Origin: Candidatus Gemmiger excrementigallinarum
GTDB taxonomy: Bacteria; Bacillota; Clostridia; Oscillospirales; Ruminococcaceae
NCBI GenBank assembly: GCA_019116445.1
Contig: DXBP01000035.1
Span: 5,449 to 69,448, forward strand
DNA: 64,000 nucleotides
Reading direction: 5' to 3'
This document shows positions 1 to 8,170 of this stretch, piece by piece. The position numbers and the translations under genes are program-made. The notes beneath the pieces are model-generated. The model saw only the letters and a list, made by a program, of their open reading frames with translations. It was not told the origin of the DNA and did not search any database. Numbering within the stretch: position 1 is the stretch's first letter; each line of letters opens with the position of its first letter.

Positions 1-43
1 AATGGGGCGGTGTGGCTGCTCAACCGCTGAAAAAAAACAGCAA

Positions 44-90
44 AAATCCCGCGGCGGGCACCCTTTTACGGGGCACCCGCCGCGGGATTT
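44..90. terminator. Probable bidirectional intrinsic terminator downstream of nahK
   Basis: 15-bp inverted repeat AAATCCCGCGGCGGG (44-58) / CCCGCCGCGGGATTT (76-90) with an A-tract on its left. It lies between a + strand stop codon at 28-30 and the nahK stop. Confidence 0.8.
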
Positions 91-114
91 CAGTAGGGAA
101 AGAATAGAAAGGGG

Positions 115-1221
115 TTAGCAGTATTTTTTGACGATGGCTTCCATCTCAGCCCAGCAGCCTTCCATGTCCTGCACCAGCTTGAACTGGGTGCGGGCACGGT
201 CCAGGTTCTGGCCCGGGCGGGTGGTGTGGAAGTAGTGGTCGCCTTCCAGATAGTCGGTGAGGAAGCGGATGCCACATTCCAGCGTCATGAGTTTGGCACC
301 CCAGGGCAGGGTTTCCTTTTCCAGCGGCGTGAAAGCGTCGCCGGCAGCCTGCAGGTAGCCTTTGGTGTAGATCTCGAACAGGTCGATGGCAAAGTTGACC
401 TTGGAAAGGTCGGGTTCATCCTCGGCGCTGTGGTTGGCGCCAAAGCGGATGGAGTCGCCGAAGTCGTTGGCGGCCAGGCCCGGCATGACGGTGTCCAGGT
501 CGATGACGCACAGGCCCTCGCCGGTTTCCTTGTCAAACAGGATGTTGTTGAGCTTGGTGTCGTTGTGGGTGACCCGCAGCGGCAGCTTGCCGGCGGCCAG
601 CAAATCGGTCATGTGGGCGCAGTCGGCCTTGCGGGCGCGCACGAACTCGATCTCGGCGGCCACATCCTTGGCGCGGCCCATCACGTCGGCGGCCAGTGCC
701 TTTTCGAAGTTCTCAAAACGGCGGGGCGTATCGTGGAAGTGGGGGATGGTTTCGTGCAGGGTGGCAGCGGGATACCCGGCCAGCTGCTTCTGGAAGTTGC
801 CGAAGGCTACCGCACTCTGGTAGAAGTCCTCCGGCGTCTTGACCTGCTGCAGGCAGACGGTGTCCTCCACAAAGGCGTACACGCGCCAGCAGCCGCCCTC
901 GGCGTCCCGGTAGTAGGGCTTGCCGTCCACCGTGAGAATGACCTGCAGCGTTACACGGGAAGGATCATCCCCGCGCTCGGCTGCCTGCTTGCGCAGGTAT
1001 TCGGTCACGCCGCAGATGTTCTCCATCAGGCCGTCGGGGTCGGTGAAGGTGGCGGTGTTGATCTTCTGCAGGATGTAGCGGCGGCTTTCCCCGTCGGGCA
1101 GCTGCACATAGATGCAGTGGGTGGCGTTGATGTGGCCTTCGCCGTAGGGCAGGGCCCCGGCTACTTCGCCGCCCCAGTTCCAGGCAGCCAATACATCGGG
1201 ATGGTCAAAACGATTTTCCAT
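115..1221 (-). CDS. nahK: N-acetylhexosamine 1-kinase (APH/choline kinase fold, LnpB-like)
   Basis: 368 aa with GEGHIN, HNDTKLNN and IDLDT kinase motifs; directly downstream of a GH112 phosphorylase. Confidence 0.85.
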   Translation of the reverse strand: MENRFDHPDVLAAWNWGGEVAGALPYGEGHINATHCIYVQLPDGESRRYILQKINTATFTDPDGLMENICGVTEYLRKQAAERGDDPSRVTLQVILTVDGKPYYRDAEGGCWRVYAFVEDTVCLQQVKTPEDFYQSAVAFGNFQKQLAGYPAATLHETIPHFHDTPRRFENFEKALAADVMGRAKDVAAEIEFVRARKADCAHMTDLLAAGKLPLRVTHNDTKLNNILFDKETGEGLCVIDLDTVMPGLAANDFGDSIRFGANHSAEDEPDLSKVNFAIDLFEIYTKGYLQAAGDAFTPLEKETLPWGAKLMTLECGIRFLTDYLEGDHYFHTTRPGQNLDRARTQFKLVQDMEGCWAEMEAIVKKYC

Positions 1222-1233
1222 ACAAAATCCCCC

Positions 1234-3405
1234 TTAAATCTCGTACCAGCGAATTTCGTTGGCGTCCAGGTGCAGGTCGAAGCTGGACCCGTCGCCGCGG
1301 TAGACCGTGGTATCCTGCGGCTCGTAGGTGTTGTTGACCACGCAGTACTTGCCGTTCTTTACATAGGCGTGCACTTCCACGTTGTAGTTGTCGCTGAACC
1401 AGGTGTGCAGCTCGCCCTCGGCGTGAGCGGCCCACAGGATGGCGCGGTAGAGCACACGGTTGTTGATAAAGCTGTAGGGCAGGCCGCTGATGTACACGCC
1501 GCGGCCCTGGCCGTACTCGTGGGCGGCCATCTGCACTTCCTTGTCCCGCTGGATCAGGATCTCGGTGCCTTCCAGGGCGTAGATGCTCTTTTTGCCTTCG
1601 CCAAAGTCCACGTCGTGGTCGGGGCAGTCGGCCAGGATAAAGTGATCCCGGTGCTCGTCCCAGTTGTACTTGTCGTAGTTCAGGGTGAAGCCGGTTTCCT
1701 TCTCCACGCCCAGGGGCGCTGCCAGCTGCAGGTACCGGCCCTGGTACTGGTGGCCGCCCGGCTCGCCCACGCCGATCAGGCCGCCGCCCCGGTGGACAAA
1801 GCCCTTGACCGCCGCGGAGATCTCCGAGTCCTCCCAGACCTTGCCGCCAGTATGGGCGGTGTCGCCGTCGCCCACGTTGATGAGCACGTCGATGCCATCC
1901 AGCACCTTCGGATCGGCCTTGATGTCGTCAAAGCTGATGAATTTTACATCGAAGGGGGCGCCGGAGAGCGCTTCAATGACGCCCGCATAGCTGTAGTTCT
2001 GCTTCTGGTACAGGGCATGGTGGACCATGTGGCAGCCCCAGGCACGCATCTTGCCCCAGCTGTTGAGTACAGCCACGGTCTTGACGCAGTAGGGGGTGGT
2101 GCCCTTGATGTTTTCGTACAATTCCCGGAACTCGTTGCAGACGCTCTCTACATAGTCCAGGAACTCGGGGAACTCGCAGGCCAGTTTCAGGTAGCCGCCG
2201 TAGCCGATGCGGTCGATGGGGCTGCGCAAAATGGCCCGGCGGGCGGTGACCCAGTTCTCCTTGGCTTCCCGGACCGGGTCGCCGCCTTCGTGGAAGGTAT
2301 CGGGGAAGAAGTAGGGCAGGAAACGGCCCTCAGTGTACTTGACGCCCTTGATGTCAGAGATCAGGCGCAGGGTGGAACCGTTGCCCACACTGCCCACTAC
2401 GGCGTCCACACCGGCGTTCTGGAACTCCGGCATGAAAGGCTCGGTGCCGATCCAGTGGTCGCCCAGGAACATCATGGCTTCCTTGCCGTACTCGTGGGTG
2501 ATGTCGGTCATCTCCCGTACCAGCTTGGCAACCTCCCGGCGCTGGAAGGCCTGGAAGTCCTTGTACTCCTTGCTGGGCACCCGGTACTGGTTGTTGTAAT
2601 AGCCCTGGTCGATGATGAACTCGGGGCGGAATTTATAGCCTACTTCCTCTTCAAACTGTTTGAGGATGTAGGGGGAAACACTGGCGGAATAGCCGTACCA
2701 GTCCACGTACTTTTCCCGTTTCAGTTCGTCGAACATGAGGGTGAACTGATGGAAGAAGGTGGTGTAGCGGATGACGTTCACATAGGGGTGGTCGGTGATG
2801 AACTTGCGCAGCCGCTCCATGGAATACTTGTGGGTCTTGGGCTGGCGCACGTCAAAGGTGATCTGGTGCTCGAAGTCCTTCCAGTCGTTGACCACGGCGT
2901 TGTACATGTGCACGGGGTCCCAGATGAGGTACGCCAGGAAGCTGACGGTATACTCATGGTAGGGGACCGGCTCCTCAATGACCACGCAGCCGGTGGCCTC
3001 GTCGTAGTGCCAGGCAGCGGCGGGGATGGGCTGACCGGTGGTGCGGTCCACCACTTCCCACCAGCGGGTGATGTCGTCCCGGGTGTTGGGCTGCATCAGT
3101 TCGGGGCTGATGCCCTTCATCAGGGGGATGGACAAGGGCCCTTCGGCGGCGGTGTAGAAGGCCGTCATGATGTAGCACTGCTGGACTTCATCGGGGTTGG
3201 CCTTGGCCCAGGCGTTATCCTTGCGGGTGGTGTAATAGGTGGCGTAGACTTTCGCGCCGGTGTCTTTCAATTCCTGGGGAAAGTCGGTGCCGTCACAGTC
3301 GCGGATGGCGTCGGCGCCCCAGCGCTGGAGCAGTTGGAGGGTTTCGGGCACAACGTCGATGTCGGTGGGAATAGTGACGCGGCCGCGGGATGCGGAATCC
3401 TGCAT
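1234..3405 (-). CDS. lnpA: 1,3-beta-galactosyl-N-acetylhexosamine (GNB/LNB) phosphorylase, GH112
   Basis: GRVTIPTD, WGADAIRDCDGT, MFLGDHWIGTEP and GRFLPYFFPD motifs. Start placed at ATG 3405 after an AAGGGAG RBS; 723 aa. Confidence 0.95.
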   Translation of the reverse strand: MQDSASRGRVTIPTDIDVVPETLQLLQRWGADAIRDCDGTDFPQELKDTGAKVYATYYTTRKDNAWAKANPDEVQQCYIMTAFYTAAEGPLSIPLMKGISPELMQPNTRDDITRWWEVVDRTTGQPIPAAAWHYDEATGCVVIEEPVPYHEYTVSFLAYLIWDPVHMYNAVVNDWKDFEHQITFDVRQPKTHKYSMERLRKFITDHPYVNVIRYTTFFHQFTLMFDELKREKYVDWYGYSASVSPYILKQFEEEVGYKFRPEFIIDQGYYNNQYRVPSKEYKDFQAFQRREVAKLVREMTDITHEYGKEAMMFLGDHWIGTEPFMPEFQNAGVDAVVGSVGNGSTLRLISDIKGVKYTEGRFLPYFFPDTFHEGGDPVREAKENWVTARRAILRSPIDRIGYGGYLKLACEFPEFLDYVESVCNEFRELYENIKGTTPYCVKTVAVLNSWGKMRAWGCHMVHHALYQKQNYSYAGVIEALSGAPFDVKFISFDDIKADPKVLDGIDVLINVGDGDTAHTGGKVWEDSEISAAVKGFVHRGGGLIGVGEPGGHQYQGRYLQLAAPLGVEKETGFTLNYDKYNWDEHRDHFILADCPDHDVDFGEGKKSIYALEGTEILIQRDKEVQMAAHEYGQGRGVYISGLPYSFINNRVLYRAILWAAHAEGELHTWFSDNYNVEVHAYVKNGKYCVVNNTYEPQDTTVYRGDGSSFDLHLDANEIRWYEI

Positions 3406-3421
3406 GGTGATTCTCCCTTTC

Positions 3422-3628
3422 TTATTTCTTCGGCTTTTTGCCGTCCTCGAACGGCTTGTTGTAGATGGCCAGTGCGGCCAGCAGCAGGGCAACGCCCACG
3501 ATCATGATGGCCAGCCCGGCCAGTTGCCCGGTCATGGTCCAGCCGGCGATGATCATAACCAGCGCCAGCACGAACAGCACCGCGATCAGTACGATGCGCA
3601 GGGCGGGATGTTCTTTCCAGAATGCCAT
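3422..3628 (-). CDS. Small two-TM membrane protein within the sugar operon
   Basis: 68 aa with two hydrophobic helices and a basic tail; tight spacing with its neighbours and an AGGTG RBS. Confidence 0.75.
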   Translation of the reverse strand: MAFWKEHPALRIVLIAVLFVLALVMIIAGWTMTGQLAGLAIMIVGVALLLAALAIYNKPFEDGKKPKK

Positions 3629-3637
3629 AGGATCACC

Positions 3638-4528
3638 TTAGCCTTTCAGGCCGCCCACGGTCATGCCCTGGGTCAGCTGTTTCTGCACGCAGATGTAGAG
3701 GATGAGGGTGGGCAGCATGACCAGCACCAGACCGGCATACATGGTGCCGTACTGGGCGGCGCTCTGCTGGGCCTGCATCAGGTTGAGCAGACCGACGGGC
3801 AGGGTGCGCGGCGCGCTGGTGGAGCTCATCAGCGTCATCGAGATGATGTACTCGTTCCAGAAGGAAAGGAAGTTGAACAGGATGATGGTGATGATGCTGG
3901 GCTTTGCCATGGGGAAGATGATGCGCACCATGGTGGTGCCGTAGCCCGCGCCGTCGATGTAGGCGGCTTCCTCATAGTCATGGGCCAGGGTGGCGAAGTA
4001 GCCCGACAGCAGATAGATGGTGAAGGGCAGCGCCGTGGCGGCGTAAACCACTGCCAGCACAAAGAGGTTGTTGAGAAGGAAGCTGGTGCCGGTGACGGAT
4101 TTAAGCCAGTTGTCGCCGTCGCGCAGCATCAGGAAGATGGGCACGACGATGTAGTTCACGTTGATGAACAGGCCGGCCATGAACAGGGTGTGCAGCAGCT
4201 TCTGGCCCACGAACTTGAAGCGGGCCAGGCAGTAGGCCGCCGGCAGGGCGATGACGAGCAGCAGCACCAGGGCCAGCGCCGTAACGATCACCGAGTTGAG
4301 CATATAGGAGCCCATCTTGGCGCCGTTCCAGGCATCCACGAAGTTCTGCCAGTAGAAGCCCATGGGCAGGGCCCAGGGATTGCCGTAAAATTCCGAGTTC
4401 TGTTTGATGGACGCCATGAATACCCAGGCCACCGGCACCAGGATGCTGATGGCCAGCAGAGCCAGGACCAGGTAGATGAACGCCTTATACAGCCGTTCTC
4501 CCGAACGGGAGGAAGTTTTTTCTTGCAT
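3638..4528 (-). CDS. Carbohydrate ABC transporter permease (MalG type)
   Basis: EEAAYIDGA EAA loop; multiple TM helices. Confidence 0.93.
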   Translation of the reverse strand: MQEKTSSRSGERLYKAFIYLVLALLAISILVPVAWVFMASIKQNSEFYGNPWALPMGFYWQNFVDAWNGAKMGSYMLNSVIVTALALVLLLVIALPAAYCLARFKFVGQKLLHTLFMAGLFINVNYIVVPIFLMLRDGDNWLKSVTGTSFLLNNLFVLAVVYAATALPFTIYLLSGYFATLAHDYEEAAYIDGAGYGTTMVRIIFPMAKPSIITIILFNFLSFWNEYIISMTLMSSTSAPRTLPVGLLNLMQAQQSAAQYGTMYAGLVLVMLPTLILYICVQKQLTQGMTVGGLKG

Positions 4529-4540
4529 GGTAGCCCCTCC

Positions 4541-5425
4541 TTAAAATTCCAGCGGCTCGCGGTCGGTGACCTTGTTGACGACGGCCGACAGCGCGAAGGA
4601 GAACAGGAAGATCACAACGCCGATGGCCATGCTGTAGCCGTACAGACCGGCGTCTTTCTGGCTGTACATGTAGTTCAGGGCAACGTCGGAAGCGCCGTTG
4701 GGGCCGCCGCTGGTCATTGCCTTGACGAACAGGAACGCCATGTTGATGGTGGAGATGATGAAGAAGGTCAGGGTGGTGCGGATGTTGGTCCAGATCAGGG
4801 GAATGGTGATCTGGAAGAACTGGGTCACGCGGCCGGCACCGTCCAGGTTGGCGCTCTCATAGAGGCTTCCGGGCACGGCGGACATGGACGCCATGTACAT
4901 GACCATGTAGTAGCCGATGGCCTGCCAGACCATGGCAATGATCAGGGAGGGGATGACCAGGGTCTCGCCCTTCCACAGGATGGGGTCGGTCATGGTGGTG
5001 AACAGGCCGATGATGCTGTTGAGCATACCGTTCTCGGGCTTGTAGATGGCCGAGAAGATACCGGCGATAACGACCACGGACAGGATGTTGGGGATGTAGA
5101 ACACCACCCGGAAGAAGTTCTGGCCCTTGATTTTTTCCCGGGTCAGGATGCCGGCAAAGACCAAAGCGAACCCGAAGGTGATGATGGTAACGATGACCAC
5201 CAGCAGGATCATGTTCTGCATGGAGCGGATGAACTGGGTATCCTTGAACAGCTGCTGGAAGTTGGCCAGTCCCACGAAGGTTTCGGTGGGGGTGTAGGCG
5301 CCGCGCTCAAACAGCGACATACGGAAAACGTTGAGCGTGGGCACGATCATGAAGATAAAGAACAGGATGGTGGCCGGTGCCAGGCAAAGCACCAGAAACC
5401 GGCTGCGGCCCTTGTTTTTGTTCAT
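4541..5425 (-). CDS. Carbohydrate ABC transporter permease (MalF type)
   Basis: YESANLDGA EAA loop; multiple TM helices. Confidence 0.93.
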   Translation of the reverse strand: MNKNKGRSRFLVLCLAPATILFFIFMIVPTLNVFRMSLFERGAYTPTETFVGLANFQQLFKDTQFIRSMQNMILLVVIVTIITFGFALVFAGILTREKIKGQNFFRVVFYIPNILSVVVIAGIFSAIYKPENGMLNSIIGLFTTMTDPILWKGETLVIPSLIIAMVWQAIGYYMVMYMASMSAVPGSLYESANLDGAGRVTQFFQITIPLIWTNIRTTLTFFIISTINMAFLFVKAMTSGGPNGASDVALNYMYSQKDAGLYGYSMAIGVVIFLFSFALSAVVNKVTDREPLEF

Positions 5426-5451
5426 AGGAACAACGGCTCCTTTCGCGATAG

Positions 5452-5485
5452 AAAAAGCGGGGGCACCCGAGCGCCCCCGCTTTTT
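5452..5485 (-). terminator. Hairpin between the SBP and permease genes (mRNA stabiliser or partial terminator)
   Basis: AAAAAGCGGGGG...CCCCCGCTTTTT inverted repeat right after the SBP stop, a typical feature of sugar ABC operons. Confidence 0.7.
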
Positions 5486-5492
5486 GCTGAAA

Positions 5493-6851
5493 TTACTCGA
5501 TGATGTTGGCGCGCATCTGATCGCTGGCGGACTTCACACCCTCGATCCACTGTTCCTCGGTCATGGAGCCGGAAACCAGGGAGTTGACGGGGTCAAAGAA
5601 AGCGGTGCGGACTTCTACGCCGGGGATGGCGTTGAAGGCAGCAAAGTTGCCCATAGCGGCTTTGGCGCCGTTGTCGTAGATGGAGTAGAAGAGCTTGTTG
5701 TCGCCTTCCAGGGTATCGGCAATGCCGAGGACGGGCTGGATGGCGCCGGACTTGGCGAAGATCTGGCAGGCAGTATCGCTGTAGAGGAAGGCGATGAACT
5801 GCTTGGCTTCATCCTGATGCTCGGCACCGGAGGGAATCCAGCACTGCTCGAACCAGGTGTAGCTGTAACGGTCGCCGTCAGCGGTCACGGCGGGCAGGGC
5901 GGTCATGCCCCACTCAAAGCCTTCGGCGCGGGGTGCTTCCGCCATTTCGCCCACGATCCAGGTGCCGTTGGGCATGAAGATGGCCTTGTTGTCCAGCACC
6001 AGCTGCTGGTTCTGGGTGAAGTCCTGATCGTTGGCCTGGGCCGGGGTGATGGGGTTGGTGTACTTGGCCAGCTTGGCAACGATGTCAAAGCAAGCCTGCG
6101 CCTCGGGGGTATCCCAGATGCCTTCCTCGTAGTGGGTGGCCTTCTCGAAGAACTCGGGGCCGCCGGCGGAGTACATCAGGGCGTAGAAGAAGGCGTCAAA
6201 GTAACCGGTGGTGGGGTAGGTGAAGAGGTAGATGCCTTCTTCCAGGGCCTTGTCGCCCAGTTCCCACATCTCATCCCAGGTGGTGGGCACTTCCCAGCCC
6301 TTTTCCTTCAGCAGGCCGGCGTTGTAGAACAGGCCGCAGGGGCTGTAGAACATGGGCGCCAGGTAGGTCTTGCCGTCGTTGTAGGGGTTGGTCAGGGAAG
6401 TTTCGGTAAAGCCGCCGGCGATCTTGTCGCTGACCTTCACGTCCTCGCCGGGCACGGTCATGCTCAGCACGTCGGTGATGTCGGAGATCAGGTTGCCCTT
6501 GATGAACTGCTCGGTGAGGGCAGCCTCACGGCCGGTAGCCAGGTGAACCACGTCGGGGTAATCGCCGCCCTGCATGGAGGGGCCGATGACGTCTTCCAGG
6601 TTCTTGTCGGTGGTCAGTTCCACGTTGATGCCGGTCTGCGCCGTGAACGCATCGGCCACTTCCTGCCACATTTCGGAGCCGTAGGCGGTTTCGATGGCAG
6701 CGACCTTGATGGTGGTGGATTCCGCGGCGGCGCCTTCGCCGGTTGCCGCGGTGCTGTCGGTGGCAGCGGAGCTGCTGGCACCCGCGCCGCCGCAGGCGGC
6801 CAGGGACAGAGCCATGCTGGCGGCCAGCGCCACAGAGATGACTTTCTTCAT
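5493..6851 (-). CDS. Carbohydrate ABC transporter solute-binding lipoprotein (probably GNB/LNB or N-acetylhexosamine)
   Basis: Lipobox LAAC after MKKVISVAL, family-1 SBP features, GGAGG RBS before ATG 6851. Confidence 0.92.
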   Translation of the reverse strand: MKKVISVALAASMALSLAACGGAGASSSAATDSTAATGEGAAAESTTIKVAAIETAYGSEMWQEVADAFTAQTGINVELTTDKNLEDVIGPSMQGGDYPDVVHLATGREAALTEQFIKGNLISDITDVLSMTVPGEDVKVSDKIAGGFTETSLTNPYNDGKTYLAPMFYSPCGLFYNAGLLKEKGWEVPTTWDEMWELGDKALEEGIYLFTYPTTGYFDAFFYALMYSAGGPEFFEKATHYEEGIWDTPEAQACFDIVAKLAKYTNPITPAQANDQDFTQNQQLVLDNKAIFMPNGTWIVGEMAEAPRAEGFEWGMTALPAVTADGDRYSYTWFEQCWIPSGAEHQDEAKQFIAFLYSDTACQIFAKSGAIQPVLGIADTLEGDNKLFYSIYDNGAKAAMGNFAAFNAIPGVEVRTAFFDPVNSLVSGSMTEEQWIEGVKSASDQMRANIIE

Positions 6852-6925
6852 AGTGTGTTTCCTCCTTCTCAAAGAAACGGGTGGAGCGATCCCGCTCCCC
6901 GGCGGGACCTCCTGTTGACACTCTT

Positions 6926-6954
6926 ATCATACCGTTTCGCCCCGGCGGCGACAA
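6926..6954 (-). promoter_or_regulatory. Sigma-A promoter of the lnp operon
   Basis: Minus strand TTGTCG-N17-TATGAT. Confidence 0.6.
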
Positions 6955-7146
6955 GGGATTTGTTGAGTACAAGTTTATAAATCTTGCTTTGCGTCGGTTA
7001 CAAAATTCCTACAAACGCAAGAATTTAAAAATAGTGAACAAATTTGGGGGCATTTTCTTATCTATTTTGCTGATAGAAAAAGAAAGAAACAAATTTTGAC
7101 GGTTTTTCGCAAAAAGTTCAGTGCCGAAAAAAGTGGCGGCGGGTGC

Positions 7147-7175
7147 TTGTCAAAACGGGAACGGGCCGCTATAAT
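7147..7175 (+). promoter_or_regulatory. Sigma-A promoter of the AraC gene
   Basis: TTGTCA-N17-TATAAT. Confidence 0.7.
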
Positions 7176-7265
7176 AAAGAAAACCGTGTAAATTTTATGG
7201 CGGAACGTTAAAATTTATATGGCTTGTTGCAGGATTTATAAATTTTGCCGCGAGGAGGACGTGCA

Positions 7266-8114
7266 ATGAATACCCGGTATGACCTGAATATGGAAGTCCC
7301 CCCGCGGGAAGCTGTGCGGCTGCTGTATATCAGCAAAAGCCGTTTTGGGGGCGACTGGCATTCGGTACCCCACACCCACGGCTGCAGCGAGATGTTCTAC
7401 TGCATCAGCGGGCGGGGGCAGTTCAATATTGAAGGAACGCTCCACGGCGTGGAACCGGATGATCTGATCATCGTCAATCCCCGGGTGCAGCACACCGAGC
7501 TGAGTTACCAGGCCAACCCGCTGGAATATGTGGTGCTGGGCATTGAAGGGGTCGAGTTTCTGTTTGACCAGAAAAACTTCGGCTATACCATGCTCAAATG
7601 CCACGATATGCGGGAGGACATGCTCTACATGATCCGGGAACTGCTGCGTGAGATGGATAATAAAGAGGATGGCTGCGAGATGATCTGCCAGGACATCCTG
7701 GAAGTGCTGCTGGTCAAGCTGGTGCGGCGGGCGTCGGTATCCCTGCGCATCACCAAGGAGCCGTCCAAGAATAAGGAGTGCGCCGCCGCCAAACGGTACC
7801 TGGACGAAAACTTCCGGGAAAGCATCTCCCTGGATCAGCTGGCTGCCGTCACCCATATCAACAAGTACTATCTGGCCCACGCGTTCCAGAAGGAGTACAA
7901 CATTTCCCCCATCAACTACCTGCTGCGCCGGCGCATCACCGAAAGCAAGATCCTGCTGGCCAGCACCGACCACAGCCTGACCCAGATCAGCGAACTGGTG
8001 GGCTTCAGTTCCCCCAGCTATTTCTCCCAGAGTTTCCGTCGTCTGGAGGGCATGAGCCCCATCGAATACCGCCGCGCCGCCCAGAAAAAGCAGGCCGAGC
8101 ACGGCGAAGGCTGA
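7266..8114 (+). CDS. AraC family regulator (cupin sensor + HTH), divergent from the lnp operon
   Basis: PHTH cupin motif and C-terminal VGFSSPSYFSQSF AraC signature; GAGGAGG RBS before ATG 7266. Confidence 0.92.
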   Translation: MNTRYDLNMEVPPREAVRLLYISKSRFGGDWHSVPHTHGCSEMFYCISGRGQFNIEGTLHGVEPDDLIIVNPRVQHTELSYQANPLEYVVLGIEGVEFLFDQKNFGYTMLKCHDMREDMLYMIRELLREMDNKEDGCEMICQDILEVLLVKLVRRASVSLRITKEPSKNKECAAAKRYLDENFRESISLDQLAAVTHINKYYLAHAFQKEYNISPINYLLRRRITESKILLASTDHSLTQISELVGFSSPSYFSQSFRRLEGMSPIEYRRAAQKKQAEHGEG

Positions 8115-8128
8115 AACCTGCCGCAAAA

Positions 8129-8161
8129 AACACCCCCGGTGGAATTTCCACCGGGGGTGTT
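8129..8161. terminator. Bidirectional terminator between AraC and GH3
   Basis: Perfect 16-bp inverted repeat AACACCCCCGGTGGAA-T-TTCCACCGGGGGTGTT between convergent genes. Confidence 0.8.
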
Positions 8162-8170
8162 CTGGTATCA

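Noticed and set aside
226-5503. Very long + strand ORFs (1093 aa and 747 aa) antisense to the lnp operon, and similar ones at 7778-10525, 31126-33990, 41893-44091 and 60029-62404
   Set aside because: Shadow ORFs. GC3-biased genes rarely generate stops on the opposite strand; these have no RBS or motifs and fully overlap well-supported genes.
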